DNA from: a virus
Virus record (IMG/VR): IMGVR_UViG_3300016672_000064
DNA length: 43,316 nucleotides
Strand: one strand, 5' to 3'
The position numbers and the translations under genes are program-made. The stretch's first letter is position 1. Each line of letters begins with the position of its first letter. The notes beneath the pieces are model-generated. The model was not told where the DNA came from, made no database searches, and worked only from the letters and a program-made list of their open reading frames with translations. This document shows positions 1 to 7,900 of the stretch, one piece after another.

Positions 1-21
1 CGCCAAGCTGCAGGCCCTGGA
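1..21. repeat. 21-nt terminal duplication (copy 1), identical to 43296-43316
   Basis: cgccaagctgcaggccctgga occurs at both window ends. Confidence 0.95.
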
Positions 22-457
22 GTCGATCATCGAAGAAGCGAACGGCATGCCGGTGCTGGTGGCCTATCAGTTCAAGTCAGACCTGGCCCGCTTGCTCAAT
101 GCCTTCAAGAAGGGCAGGGCGCTCGACCAAGATCCGCAGACGATCCGCGACTGGAACGCCGGCAAGATCCCCGTGCTGTTCGCCCACCCGGCCAGCGCGG
201 GCCACGGGCTGAACCTGCAAGACGGCGGCAACATCCTGGCCTTCTTCGGCATGGACTGGAACCTGGAAAACCGGCTGCAGATCATCGAGCGCATCGGGCC
301 GACCCGCCAGCTGCAAGCCGGGCACAACCGGCCCATGTTCATCTACAACATCATTGCAAGGGAAACCGTGGATGAGCTGGTCCTACAACGAGTGGAGACC
401 AAGCGAGCCGTGCAGGATCTGCTGCTCGACGCCATGAAAACCAAAGGAGTGAAGTGA
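2..457 (+). CDS. SNF2/DEAD-like helicase, C-terminal half (continuation of 42349-43316 across the circular junction)
   Basis: Helicase C-domain motifs HPASAGHGLNLQ and QIIERIGPTRQ. The frame is open from nt 2 and contiguous with the ORF at the window end. Confidence 0.9.
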   Translation, partial: AKLQALESIIEEANGMPVLVAYQFKSDLARLLNAFKKGRALDQDPQTIRDWNAGKIPVLFAHPASAGHGLNLQDGGNILAFFGMDWNLENRLQIIERIGPTRQLQAGHNRPMFIYNIIARETVDELVLQRVETKRAVQDLLLDAMKTKGVK

Positions 458-735
458 TGCCCAACCAGGAGACCAACATGCTGCTGCGCAACACCCTGGC
501 CGAGGAAGGCCGACCTGTCGACACCGCCCTGGCCCGCCAAGAAGGCGGCAGCCACTACAAGGACATGGTCATCCAGCCATTCGAGTACAACTACGCCAAC
601 GGCATCCCCTTCGCTGAGGGCAACGTCATCAAGTACGTGAGCCGCTGGCGAGCAAAGGGTGGAGTGCAAGACCTCAAGAAGGCCCGGCACTTTCTCGACC
701 TGCTGATCGAGGCAGAGGAAAAGCGCCGTGCCTGA
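454..735 (+). CDS. DUF3310 (SaV-like) phage protein
   Basis: GGSHYK..IQP..Y....F..GNVIKYV.RW..KGG..DLKKA.H.L pattern typical of DUF3310. ATGA overlap with the helicase stop. Confidence 0.7.
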   Translation: MMPNQETNMLLRNTLAEEGRPVDTALARQEGGSHYKDMVIQPFEYNYANGIPFAEGNVIKYVSRWRAKGGVQDLKKARHFLDLLIEAEEKRRA

Positions 736-973
736 CTTCAAACTCTCCGACGAGCTGGACGCTGGCCAGGCGGCCACGCTGCTGGGCGTGTCTCGGCGCT
801 ACTATGTCGACGAGCTCAGTAAGCGCCAAGGGTTCCCCAAGCCCTCGACCAACCTGAGCCAGAAAACGCGCCGCTGGCGCTATGCTGATTTGCTCAAGGT
901 TAAGAAGGGCGCGGTGCACCTCAAAGCCGCGCCGCAATCTCCTCGTCCTGCTCCCGGTAATACCGCTCATTGA
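728..973 (+). CDS. Excisionase/AlpA-like HTH protein (putative Xis)
   Basis: GQAATLLGVSRRYYVDELSKRQGFPKP...RRWRYADL resembles HTH_17/excisionase. GTG start overlaps the upstream stop. Lies next to the integrase. Confidence 0.55.
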   Translation: MPDFKLSDELDAGQAATLLGVSRRYYVDELSKRQGFPKPSTNLSQKTRRWRYADLLKVKKGAVHLKAAPQSPRPAPGNTAH

Positions 974-1931
974 GCAGGCGCAAGTCCTTGATGCCGGTGA
1001 TCCGGCTCAAGGTCAGCACGTCGACCTTGCGCGCCAGCCGGGTGATCGCGGTGGCCCGCGTGTCGTGGATCGTCAGGTCGCCGATCATGAGCTGCGCCCG
1101 GTACTTGCGCCACAATGCGTCGACCCGCTTGGGCGTCGTGTCGAAGAACCGCCCGCCCTCCAGCCCCCGGGCCTGCAGCACCTCAAGCAGCCGCACCACC
1201 TGGCGCTGCATCGGCACCCGCCGAGGCTCGCCCGTCACGTACTGCATTTTGTGCCCGACCGTGGCCACCCTGGTCTGCAGGTTCACGCTGTCCGCCGACA
1301 ACCCCAGCACCTCCTGCGTGCGCATCGCGGTGCGCAGCGCCACCAGGATGAGGTAGGCAACCTCCTGGCTTTTCGTCGTCGGCGCTCGGCCCGTGACGTA
1401 CCCCAACCGGCGCACCACCTGCTTGGTGGTTGACCAGCCCCAGGTCGCCGTGCGCGGCGGGTTCTCCCTGGGCTTCTCCAGCTTGGTCAAGGGGCTGGCC
1501 CCCACGTAGGGGCCGAGCTCATGCATGGCCGCGTGGTAGACCGCGCTGAACAGGTTGATGTCACGCTGCACCGTCGAGCCGCTGACCACGCGCAGCCGGG
1601 CGTCGCGCCACTCGGCCCAATCCGCTGTTGTGGTCTCGCTCATGACCTTGGCCGCCAGGCGGGGGAAGTCACGTTTCAAGGCCTCGACGCGCAGCGCCTC
1701 CTTGTCGCCGCCTTCCTTCTTGCTGCTGACCCGCTTGACGTAAACATCAAGAACCTCGCCCAGGGTCTTGCGGGGGAACTGCCCCCGCTTGCCGGCCAGG
1801 ATCTCAGCCTCGCGGGCGGTCGCCCACTCCTGCGCCTCGCGCTTGGTGTCGAAGGTCTCCGACTCACGCACGCCCATCTTGTCGACATGGGCCCGGTGCT
1901 TGCCGCCCTTGGTTTTCTCGAAGTACGCCAT
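921..1931 (-). CDS. int: Tyrosine integrase (site-specific recombinase)
   Basis: Start taken at MAYFEKTKGG (ATG 1931). The C-terminal catalytic region has ..RTAMRTQE.., HKMQY, IHDTRATAIT (HxxR) and LLNERYY. The track ORF extension to 2120 runs through attP and is rejected. Confidence 0.9.
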   Translation of the reverse strand: MAYFEKTKGGKHRAHVDKMGVRESETFDTKREAQEWATAREAEILAGKRGQFPRKTLGEVLDVYVKRVSSKKEGGDKEALRVEALKRDFPRLAAKVMSETTTADWAEWRDARLRVVSGSTVQRDINLFSAVYHAAMHELGPYVGASPLTKLEKPRENPPRTATWGWSTTKQVVRRLGYVTGRAPTTKSQEVAYLILVALRTAMRTQEVLGLSADSVNLQTRVATVGHKMQYVTGEPRRVPMQRQVVRLLEVLQARGLEGGRFFDTTPKRVDALWRKYRAQLMIGDLTIHDTRATAITRLARKVDVLTLSRITGIKDLRLLNERYYREQDEEIAARL

Positions 1932-1957
1932 GCAACCCTTGGCCCTCCTGGCCAAGG

Positions 1958-1990
1958 CGCGGGGGATCGCGCGGGGGATTGGCGGGGGCA
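1958..1990. repeat. attP arm-type repeats (P arm): CGCGGGGGAT x2 plus a degenerate third copy
   Basis: cgcgggggat at 1958-1967 and 1970-1979; ggcgggggca at 1981-1990. Confidence 0.6.
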
Positions 1991-2094
1991 GCGGGGCAAA
2001 GTGTAGCCCGGAACAACCCGGAAACGGGTAGATGTGAACGCGCAAAACCCTGCAAACTAGGGGTCTAACCCGCAGGCAGGTAGCTTGCCGCCCG

Positions 2095-2118
2095 TGGTGC
2101 CCCGAACCGGACTCGAAC
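2095..2118 (-). other. attP core: 3'-terminal fragment of a tRNA gene (half T-loop, T-stem, acceptor stem, CCA)
   Basis: The minus strand reads (G)TTCGAGTCCGGTTCGGGGCACCA, i.e. T-loop TTCGAGT, stem CCGGT, acceptor TCGGGGC, discriminator A, CCA. Upstream sequence cannot form the complementary T-stem or the rest of a cloverleaf. Confidence 0.7.
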
Positions 2119-2147
2119 ACCCTTTAGCCATCGGGCTCAGTCGCCCG

Positions 2148-2179
2148 CGCGGGGGATAGACGGGGGGTCCGCGGGGGTT
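2148..2179. repeat. attP arm-type repeats (P' arm)
   Basis: cgcgggggat at 2148-2157, acggggggtc at 2160-2169, ccgcgggggtt at 2169-2179. Same G5 motif as the P arm. Confidence 0.55.
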
Positions 2180-2592
2180 TACGCCCGCCCCTTGACCTTT
2201 TCGAAAGTGCGCAGGCCACCCAGGCCCAGCATGCCGGTCAGCAGCACCATCAGGGTCTCGGTGTCAATGCTCGGCAAGTCGGGCACGTCGGCGCCGCAGA
2301 CCTTGACCGCCCAGGGCAGCAGCGGGCGCAGCACCAGCTGGTAGCCCAGGCCGAGCACGCAGACCCAGCCGACCGCCGGGCGCCAGCCGCCTCGGAAAAG
2401 GTCGGTGCCTGCCTCCACCTTGTTGACCTCCAGCTGGGCCAAGGCCAGCCGGGTGTCGGCGTCGAGCACCGCCAGCTCGCCCCGCTGGGCCAACTCCAGG
2501 GCCTTGAGCTTGGCGTCTGCTGCAGCCGTGGCGTCCGGCAGCACCTTGTCGAGCACGCCGGTGATGAGGGGCAGGAATTGCAACATGGTCAC
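2179..2592 (-). CDS. Holin-like membrane protein (3-TM, GTA-type holin family)
   Basis: N-terminal amphipathic segment, then NKVEAGTDLFRGGWRPAVGWVCVLGLGY and further hydrophobic helices. GTGA overlap with the endolysin stop (alternative ATG at 2586). Last gene of the late operon. Confidence 0.65.
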   Translation of the reverse strand: MTMLQFLPLITGVLDKVLPDATAAADAKLKALELAQRGELAVLDADTRLALAQLEVNKVEAGTDLFRGGWRPAVGWVCVLGLGYQLVLRPLLPWAVKVCGADVPDLPSIDTETLMVLLTGMLGLGGLRTFEKVKGRA

Positions 2593-3056
2593 GCCTCTTT
2601 CAAGTTGGCCGCGATGCGCTTGGCCCAGCCGCGGCCGAACGCGGGCCAGGCTTTCAGGTCAGCCATGAGGTCAAGCCGGTGGCCGTTGAATCGGGCGACC
2701 AGGCGGGGCGCAGGCATCGAGTTGATGGCCTGCAAAGTCTTGGGGCCCAGGATGCCGTCGGGCGTTGCGTCGACCGCGCGCTGCAGGCACTTGACCGCAG
2801 CCACCACGCCGGAGTTGACCGCCATGTCGAACAGGTCGAACTTGATGCCGTCGGGCACAGCGTCGCATCCAGCCGGGCCCCAATAGTCTTGCAGGTAGAG
2901 CACCTTGGCGCGTGCCAGTGTCATCCCCTTGATGTTCTCCAGGGGGTAGGCGCGCTTGGACACCCCGAACTTCGTCTCGCCGCCCGGGTCGTCTTTTCCT
3001 TCGGTGTACCCGCCTTCGTGGCCGATCAATCGCTCGAACGCTTGGTCGAAGTTCAT
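2589..3056 (-). CDS. Endolysin, GH108 lysozyme with C-terminal PG_binding_3 domain
   Basis: LIGHEGGYTEGKDDPGGETKFG is the GH108 signature. The C-terminal part resembles a peptidoglycan-binding domain. Confidence 0.85.
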   Translation of the reverse strand: MNFDQAFERLIGHEGGYTEGKDDPGGETKFGVSKRAYPLENIKGMTLARAKVLYLQDYWGPAGCDAVPDGIKFDLFDMAVNSGVVAAVKCLQRAVDATPDGILGPKTLQAINSMPAPRLVARFNGHRLDLMADLKAWPAFGRGWAKRIAANLKEA

Positions 3057-3316
3057 CGCGGCAACCTCATCAGGTGTTCAAACGCCCAGGTCAGCAGGCC
3101 GCCGAACGTGGCGCCCGCGCCCCCGAGCATCATCATGGCGCGCCAGCCCCCGCGCGCCTCGGTCAGCGTGGTGGCCACTGTGTCCAGCTTGCTGGCCAGC
3201 AGCTCGATGGCCTTGGTCAGCCGCTCGATCTCCTTTGCCTGGCCCTCGACCTTGGTCTCCAGCACCGCGATGGCGACGTGGGCCTGGCTCAGTTGTTCCT
3301 GGTGCAATTCGCTCAC
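3053..3316 (-). CDS. Small coiled-coil protein with C-terminal TM helix (lysis-cassette membrane protein, possible holin/antiholin or spanin-like)
   Basis: Heptad-like N-terminus, then GGWRAMMMLGGAGATFGGLLTWAF. Translationally coupled (GTGA upstream, ATGA downstream). Confidence 0.5.
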   Translation of the reverse strand: MSELHQEQLSQAHVAIAVLETKVEGQAKEIERLTKAIELLASKLDTVATTLTEARGGWRAMMMLGGAGATFGGLLTWAFEHLMRLPR

Positions 3317-3702
3317 AGATTGATCTCCGATGCGGTGCGGAAAAGGTCATCCACCTCGGCATCTGCCCAGCCGAGGGCCAGGGCCACCGACATCAGCAGC
3401 AGACTGCGCCGCTCCCAGGTGCCGGCCTCGTGCCATGCCAGCAGCGCCAGCGGGTCAACGTCGGCGCGCTCAAACCAAGCCGCGGCCACCCCCAACTGGC
3501 CTGCCGCCAGCAGTGCGGCGCGGGCCTGAAATCGGGTCACGCTCCGCGGCACAGGCGCTTGTGCGGGCACCGGCGCTTGAGCGCCGGGCGGCACCACCTG
3601 CCCTTCGTCGATCAACACCACGGCGCCATCAACCATGTGGGCCGCCGTGCCAATCAGCCGAATGCTGCCGGTCACAATGTCCAGCTCCATGCGCTGCATC
3701 AC
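3313..3702 (-). CDS. Hypothetical protein downstream of the tail fibre (possible fibre assembly/chaperone)
   Basis: Coupled ORF (GTGATG junction with the tail-fibre stop). No recognisable motif; function is guessed from position only. Confidence 0.5.
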   Translation of the reverse strand: MMQRMELDIVTGSIRLIGTAAHMVDGAVVLIDEGQVVPPGAQAPVPAQAPVPRSVTRFQARAALLAAGQLGVAAAWFERADVDPLALLAWHEAGTWERRSLLLMSVALALGWADAEVDDLFRTASEINL

Positions 3703-4865
3703 ACGCCCTCAATGAGCAGCGAGACAGAGCCGCCGTCGAACGTGTCAACGCCGCCGACGGTGGTCAACCGCACGCGCGTCAAATCCGCGCCGATGTCAAC
3801 CGATCCACCCATCCACCACACTCGGCGCGAATCGGACTGCCCGCCATTGCCCCGCGCAACCCAGGTGTTTGTCGCGCCAACACGCTCAAGCACAACGATG
3901 CCGCTGCGCACATAACCTGCGGACGTGTCCCCCGCCAGGTCAAAGCCGGTGCCCATCAGCGCAACAGCAGGCGCCAGGCCGTCGAGCGCCGAAGCCGCCG
4001 AGCCCGCGTAGCCGCTCGCAACAATCGACGCCGCTGTGCCGAGCCGCACGACAACGGGCGATGACCCGCTGGTGCTCACGCCCGACAAGATCAACGTCAA
4101 ACGACGCGCCCACGACGGAATGGGTGTGTAGTCCACAGCCACGCCGCTGGTGGTCGGCTGCGACCCTGCATCGACGTACCGCATGCGCGCCGCAGCAACA
4201 GCATCCAATTGCTGCTTGGGCACCGCATGCAGCGCGCTCGCTGCATCGCCCGGCAACACCAGCGCGCCAGTCATCGTGCCGCCGCTGCGTTGCAGGGCAC
4301 CCGCGCTCGCGGCGTTCGCTGTGTCGATCGCGTCCTGCGCGGCGTCGACCAAGCCCTCGGCCACGCTTGCCGCGGCCGCAGCGTCCGCCGCAGAACTGGC
4401 CGCCGTGCTCGCTGCGGTGGTGATCGTGTTCACCAGCTCGTCGGGGCTGACCAGCCCGCTGAATCCCACCTTGACCGACCGGCTCACTTCCTCGGCGAGC
4501 TGCTGCACCACGATGGTCACTCGGTCCAGTGCGTCGTTGAGCACGCGCGGATAGAACCGCCCCAGGTTCGTGAAGTTGGCCGGCTGTGTCGACGCGACTT
4601 TCGAGCCGATGACCAACGTGAACGCCGACGACAGCGGGGTGCCGATCCAGTTGACCGTGCCGCCCGGGTTCGTGTCCTGGTTGCTGTTCAGCGTGACGCT
4701 GTAGTGCGTCCCCCGCGTGAGCTCCAGTTCGGCAGCCGTGGCGATCTCGCCGCGCACCACCTTGACGTCGTCAACCGCGAACACCTTGAAGGTGAAGGGG
4801 AACGCCACGGTCACACCGTTGCCGGTGAACGGGCCAGCTTTGCGTGTGGTGGTGCTGATCGACAT
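3699..4865 (-). CDS. Tail fibre protein
   Basis: N-terminus RKAGPFTGNGVTVAFPFTFKVF..., an Ala/Ser-rich shaft, and the GGTMTGALVLPGD...AVPKQQLD motif common in phage fibres. Confidence 0.75.
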   Translation of the reverse strand: MSISTTTRKAGPFTGNGVTVAFPFTFKVFAVDDVKVVRGEIATAAELELTRGTHYSVTLNSNQDTNPGGTVNWIGTPLSSAFTLVIGSKVASTQPANFTNLGRFYPRVLNDALDRVTIVVQQLAEEVSRSVKVGFSGLVSPDELVNTITTAASTAASSAADAAAAASVAEGLVDAAQDAIDTANAASAGALQRSGGTMTGALVLPGDAASALHAVPKQQLDAVAAARMRYVDAGSQPTTSGVAVDYTPIPSWARRLTLILSGVSTSGSSPVVVRLGTAASIVASGYAGSAASALDGLAPAVALMGTGFDLAGDTSAGYVRSGIVVLERVGATNTWVARGNGGQSDSRRVWWMGGSVDIGADLTRVRLTTVGGVDTFDGGSVSLLIEGV

Positions 4866-4906
4866 GGGCCGCAGTGTCCGGCCCGGTGCTCAGGTCAGGG
4901 GCACCC
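4866..4906 (-). promoter_or_regulatory. Late-operon element copy A (GGGTGCCCCTGAC-N16-ACACTGCGG-CCC-ATG)
   Basis: Box 1 at 4894-4906, box 2 at 4869-4877, ATG at 4865. Starts 3 nt after the stop of the giant gene. No Shine-Dalgarno. Confidence 0.6.
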
Positions 4907-4909
4907 CCG

Positions 4910-7900
4910 TCACGGTTCCTGGTAGCCGAAGGCCAGGGCCCTGATGGGGCTGTCGGTCTCGCCGTCGATCAGAGCCTGCACCCCGGTGAACGTACGGTTT
5001 GCCTGCGCGGCCGGCAGACCAAACGCCGAGCCCAGCACGTTGATCGCGCGTTTCCTGAAACCGTCGTCGAGCTCCCCCTGGCCGATCTCCTTGCCCAGGC
5101 CGGCGATGTCACTCAGCAGACGCAGGCCCGCCGGCCCCTGGTAATCCTGGGAATACTCCGACAGGCCCAGCGCCATCTTGGCCGCGCCCGCCACCTCGCG
5201 CACCCCGACCATGAGGCCGAACAGGTTGTCGAGCTGGGCTTCCAACAGCTTGCGCAGGATCTTGTCGAGGTCTTCCCAATCGCCCGAGTCACCGGGCGTC
5301 AGGGCATCCTTGAGCGCAACGGTCAGCACCGCGGGCACCGAGTACAGCAGCAGGTAATCCGCCACCAGCTTGGCCTTGCTTTTCTCGGTCATCGTCTGCG
5401 CCACCCCGATGTTCAAGGCTGTGTTCATGAACGAGTAGAAGACCGTGAACAGCTTTTGCGCAGGGCCGCCGCGCTCGATGGCCGACAGGTCTTTCATCTG
5501 CCCGCTGCCCTGGGCGTCGATCACAGCCTGGTCGGCCAGCTGCCCCGCGCGCTCGTCGCTGTTGCCCTCGCTGATCGCCTTCTCGTAGGCGCCCAGCCAG
5601 GTGGGCACGTCGACCACCATCTGCATGCGGGTCATCATGTAGAACGCGGCATTGCTCACCCAGGTGCGCACCGGGTGCTCACCTTCCACTTGGTTGCGCA
5701 GTTCGTTCAACTCGCGGAACCGGGTGCGCGCCCGACTGGCCATGAACTCGCTGCGCTCGTTGACCTCGCGCGCTTTGCCCAGCGGGTTGGTCAGGTACTG
5801 CGCCACGCCCCGCCCGATCCACTTGCCGCCCACCCGCACGACAGACTGCGTCAGGCCGATGGGCTGGATGGCCGCTGACATGACGTTGAAGCCCAGGCCT
5901 GCAATGCTGACCCCCTGGCGCAGGCGCCCCAGCATGCTGTCCAGTTCAGCCTGCAGGCCGGCCTCGCCGCGCGCCGTGTCTTCAATCCAGGTTTTCAGCT
6001 GGCGCACCGCCGCCGGCCCGTAGGTCTCGCGGATGGCGTTGTTGATCTTGTCGCTGCGCAGCAGCTTGTTGACGTCGATCAGCCACTCGTGGAACGCCAG
6101 GTCGTGGATCACGTCCTGCGTGCCCGAGTAGACGGCAGCCAGAGAGTAGAGCAGGGGGCGACCCTTGACGGCTTCGGCCCGCGACTTGGTGAACCCGCGC
6201 CGGGTGGTCGCGCTGGTGTAGGCCGCTTGCATCTGGCGCTTTGCGTCCTCGGCGTCGGCGTGCTGCTCGGCCCGGTTGTTGGCCAGGGGGTCGTACTTCA
6301 CGGGGTAGTACCCGCCGCGCAGCTGCACGGTCTGACCGTCCGCCGTGCGCACGCTCAGGGGCATCGGGTCAACCCATGCGGGTTCTTTCCCGTAGACGCG
6401 GCGCTCCTTGGCACCGATCAACGTCCGGTAGCTCTCGAAGTGATCCCAAACCGCTTGCACCGCTTGCCAGTCGGCGGCCGACAACGTGGCCAGCACGGGC
6501 TCGATCTGCTGCACGGTCCATCCCTCGCCGTCGAGCATGCGCTGGATGTTGCCCTCGTTGCCCATGTTCAAGGCCATGGCGAACACCTGTTCGCGGTTCA
6601 TCGAGCGGTTGATCGCCGCGAAGAATTGCCCCTTGCCGTCCATGCGCCCGGCCTTGATCACAGGGGCCAGGATGCCGTGCAGCCTCTCGGTGGCCTCGGC
6701 CCGCATGCGCGTTTCCATGTCGGCCGCCTCGTTGGCCGGCCGGATGAAATACTCCCACACCGGGCCGCCGTCCTTGCCGCCGTCGAACACGCGGGCCCAG
6801 GTGGCGGCCTTGATGTGGGCCGCGCCGAAGTCCTTGACCGCTTTGAACCACCGGGCCGTGCGAGTGGCAGGCGTGCGGGTGTCGGCGACTCGTCCGCCTG
6901 CGTTGGCCACGATGCTGTCGGCGATCTGGTCGCGCACCGCCTGGAAGTCGCGCAGCTGCTTGGCGGTCAGCAGGGTGTTTTTGACCCGACCCAGCTTCTC
7001 GATCTGGCGCACCGTGTCGCGCAGGCCGCGCAGCTCGTCGACCGTCATGTCCTTGTAGCTGGTGCGTCCGGCCTCGTCCAGCAGTTCGGGCGGGATGTCC
7101 GGCTCGAACCCCTGCTCGCGCTGCGACTCGACCCAAGCGGCCAGGGTCTTGCGCTTGGCAATCTGCTTGAGCGTGGTGCTGCCTGCCAAGTCGAAGCGCA
7201 CCAGCAACTGGGCGATCTGGTCGTAATAGTCGGCGTCCAGTCCCTTGGGCTTGTCAGCGAACCGGCGCAGGTAGGAAGTGATTTTCTCGACCTCCTCCTG
7301 CGCACGGGTCGCGGCGCGGGCGGCCTGCAGGTTGATGAGCTGGTGGCGCTTTTCGGCCAGGGCTTCCTCGGTGTTGCCCGCCAGCATGGCGCGCTCGGCG
7401 GCCTTGGCCGCGCGGGTCTCCGCCGTGGTGTACTGGCTGGGCCGCAGGTTCTTGACCTTGGTGCCGCCCACGATGCGCTCGGCCTGCTGCTTGGCCACCT
7501 GCGCCATGATGTCGACCGTGACCCGCTGGCCCTTGGCATTCACCTCGCCGGTGTCGCGGCGCACCTGCATGCCGCGCTCCAGTGCTGCGATCTCGGTCGA
7601 CAGGAACCGTGCGCGCACCTCGTTGTGGATCGCGCGGTCGACGGCTCGCTGCAGTCCCTCGGGCGTGCCCAGGTCGCCGAAGCGCTCCAGCATCCGCCGG
7701 CTCGTCATGCCCTCGATCACCGCCTGCGGTGGTTCGGCGTCCAGCAGGGCCTTGACCATCTGGTCGCCCGACTCCATGCGCACGGTCTCGGCGATCACGT
7801 CGGGGTGCAGGCCCCGGGCGCCCGAGGTCATGCGCAGCTTTTGCAGCTTGCGCCAGGGGGCATCCGGCTTGTTGCCGTAGCGGCGCTCCAGCTCGGCGGT

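Noticed and set aside
1-21. The 21-nt terminal duplication as a biological direct terminal repeat or cos site.
   Set aside because: It lies in the middle of an essential helicase ORF that is only intact when the ends are joined. The length is typical of an assembler overlap.
1932-2120. N-terminal extension of the integrase ORF up to 2120.
   Set aside because: The extension runs through the attP arm repeats and into the tRNA-like core. The conserved integrase N-terminus starts at MAYFEKTKGG (ATG 1931).
2040-2125. Possible intact tRNA gene next to the integrase.
   Set aside because: Only the 3' about 24 nt (half T-loop to CCA) are tRNA-like. The sequence 5' of it cannot pair to form the T-stem, and no anticodon or D arms are apparent. 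It is interpreted as the attP core instead.
3699-4865. Diversity-generating retroelement, expected by analogy with BPP-1, whose head genes this phage resembles.
   Set aside because: No reverse-transcriptase-like ORF exists anywhere in the window. I found no template/variable repeat pair near the 3' end of the tail fibre or tailspike genes.
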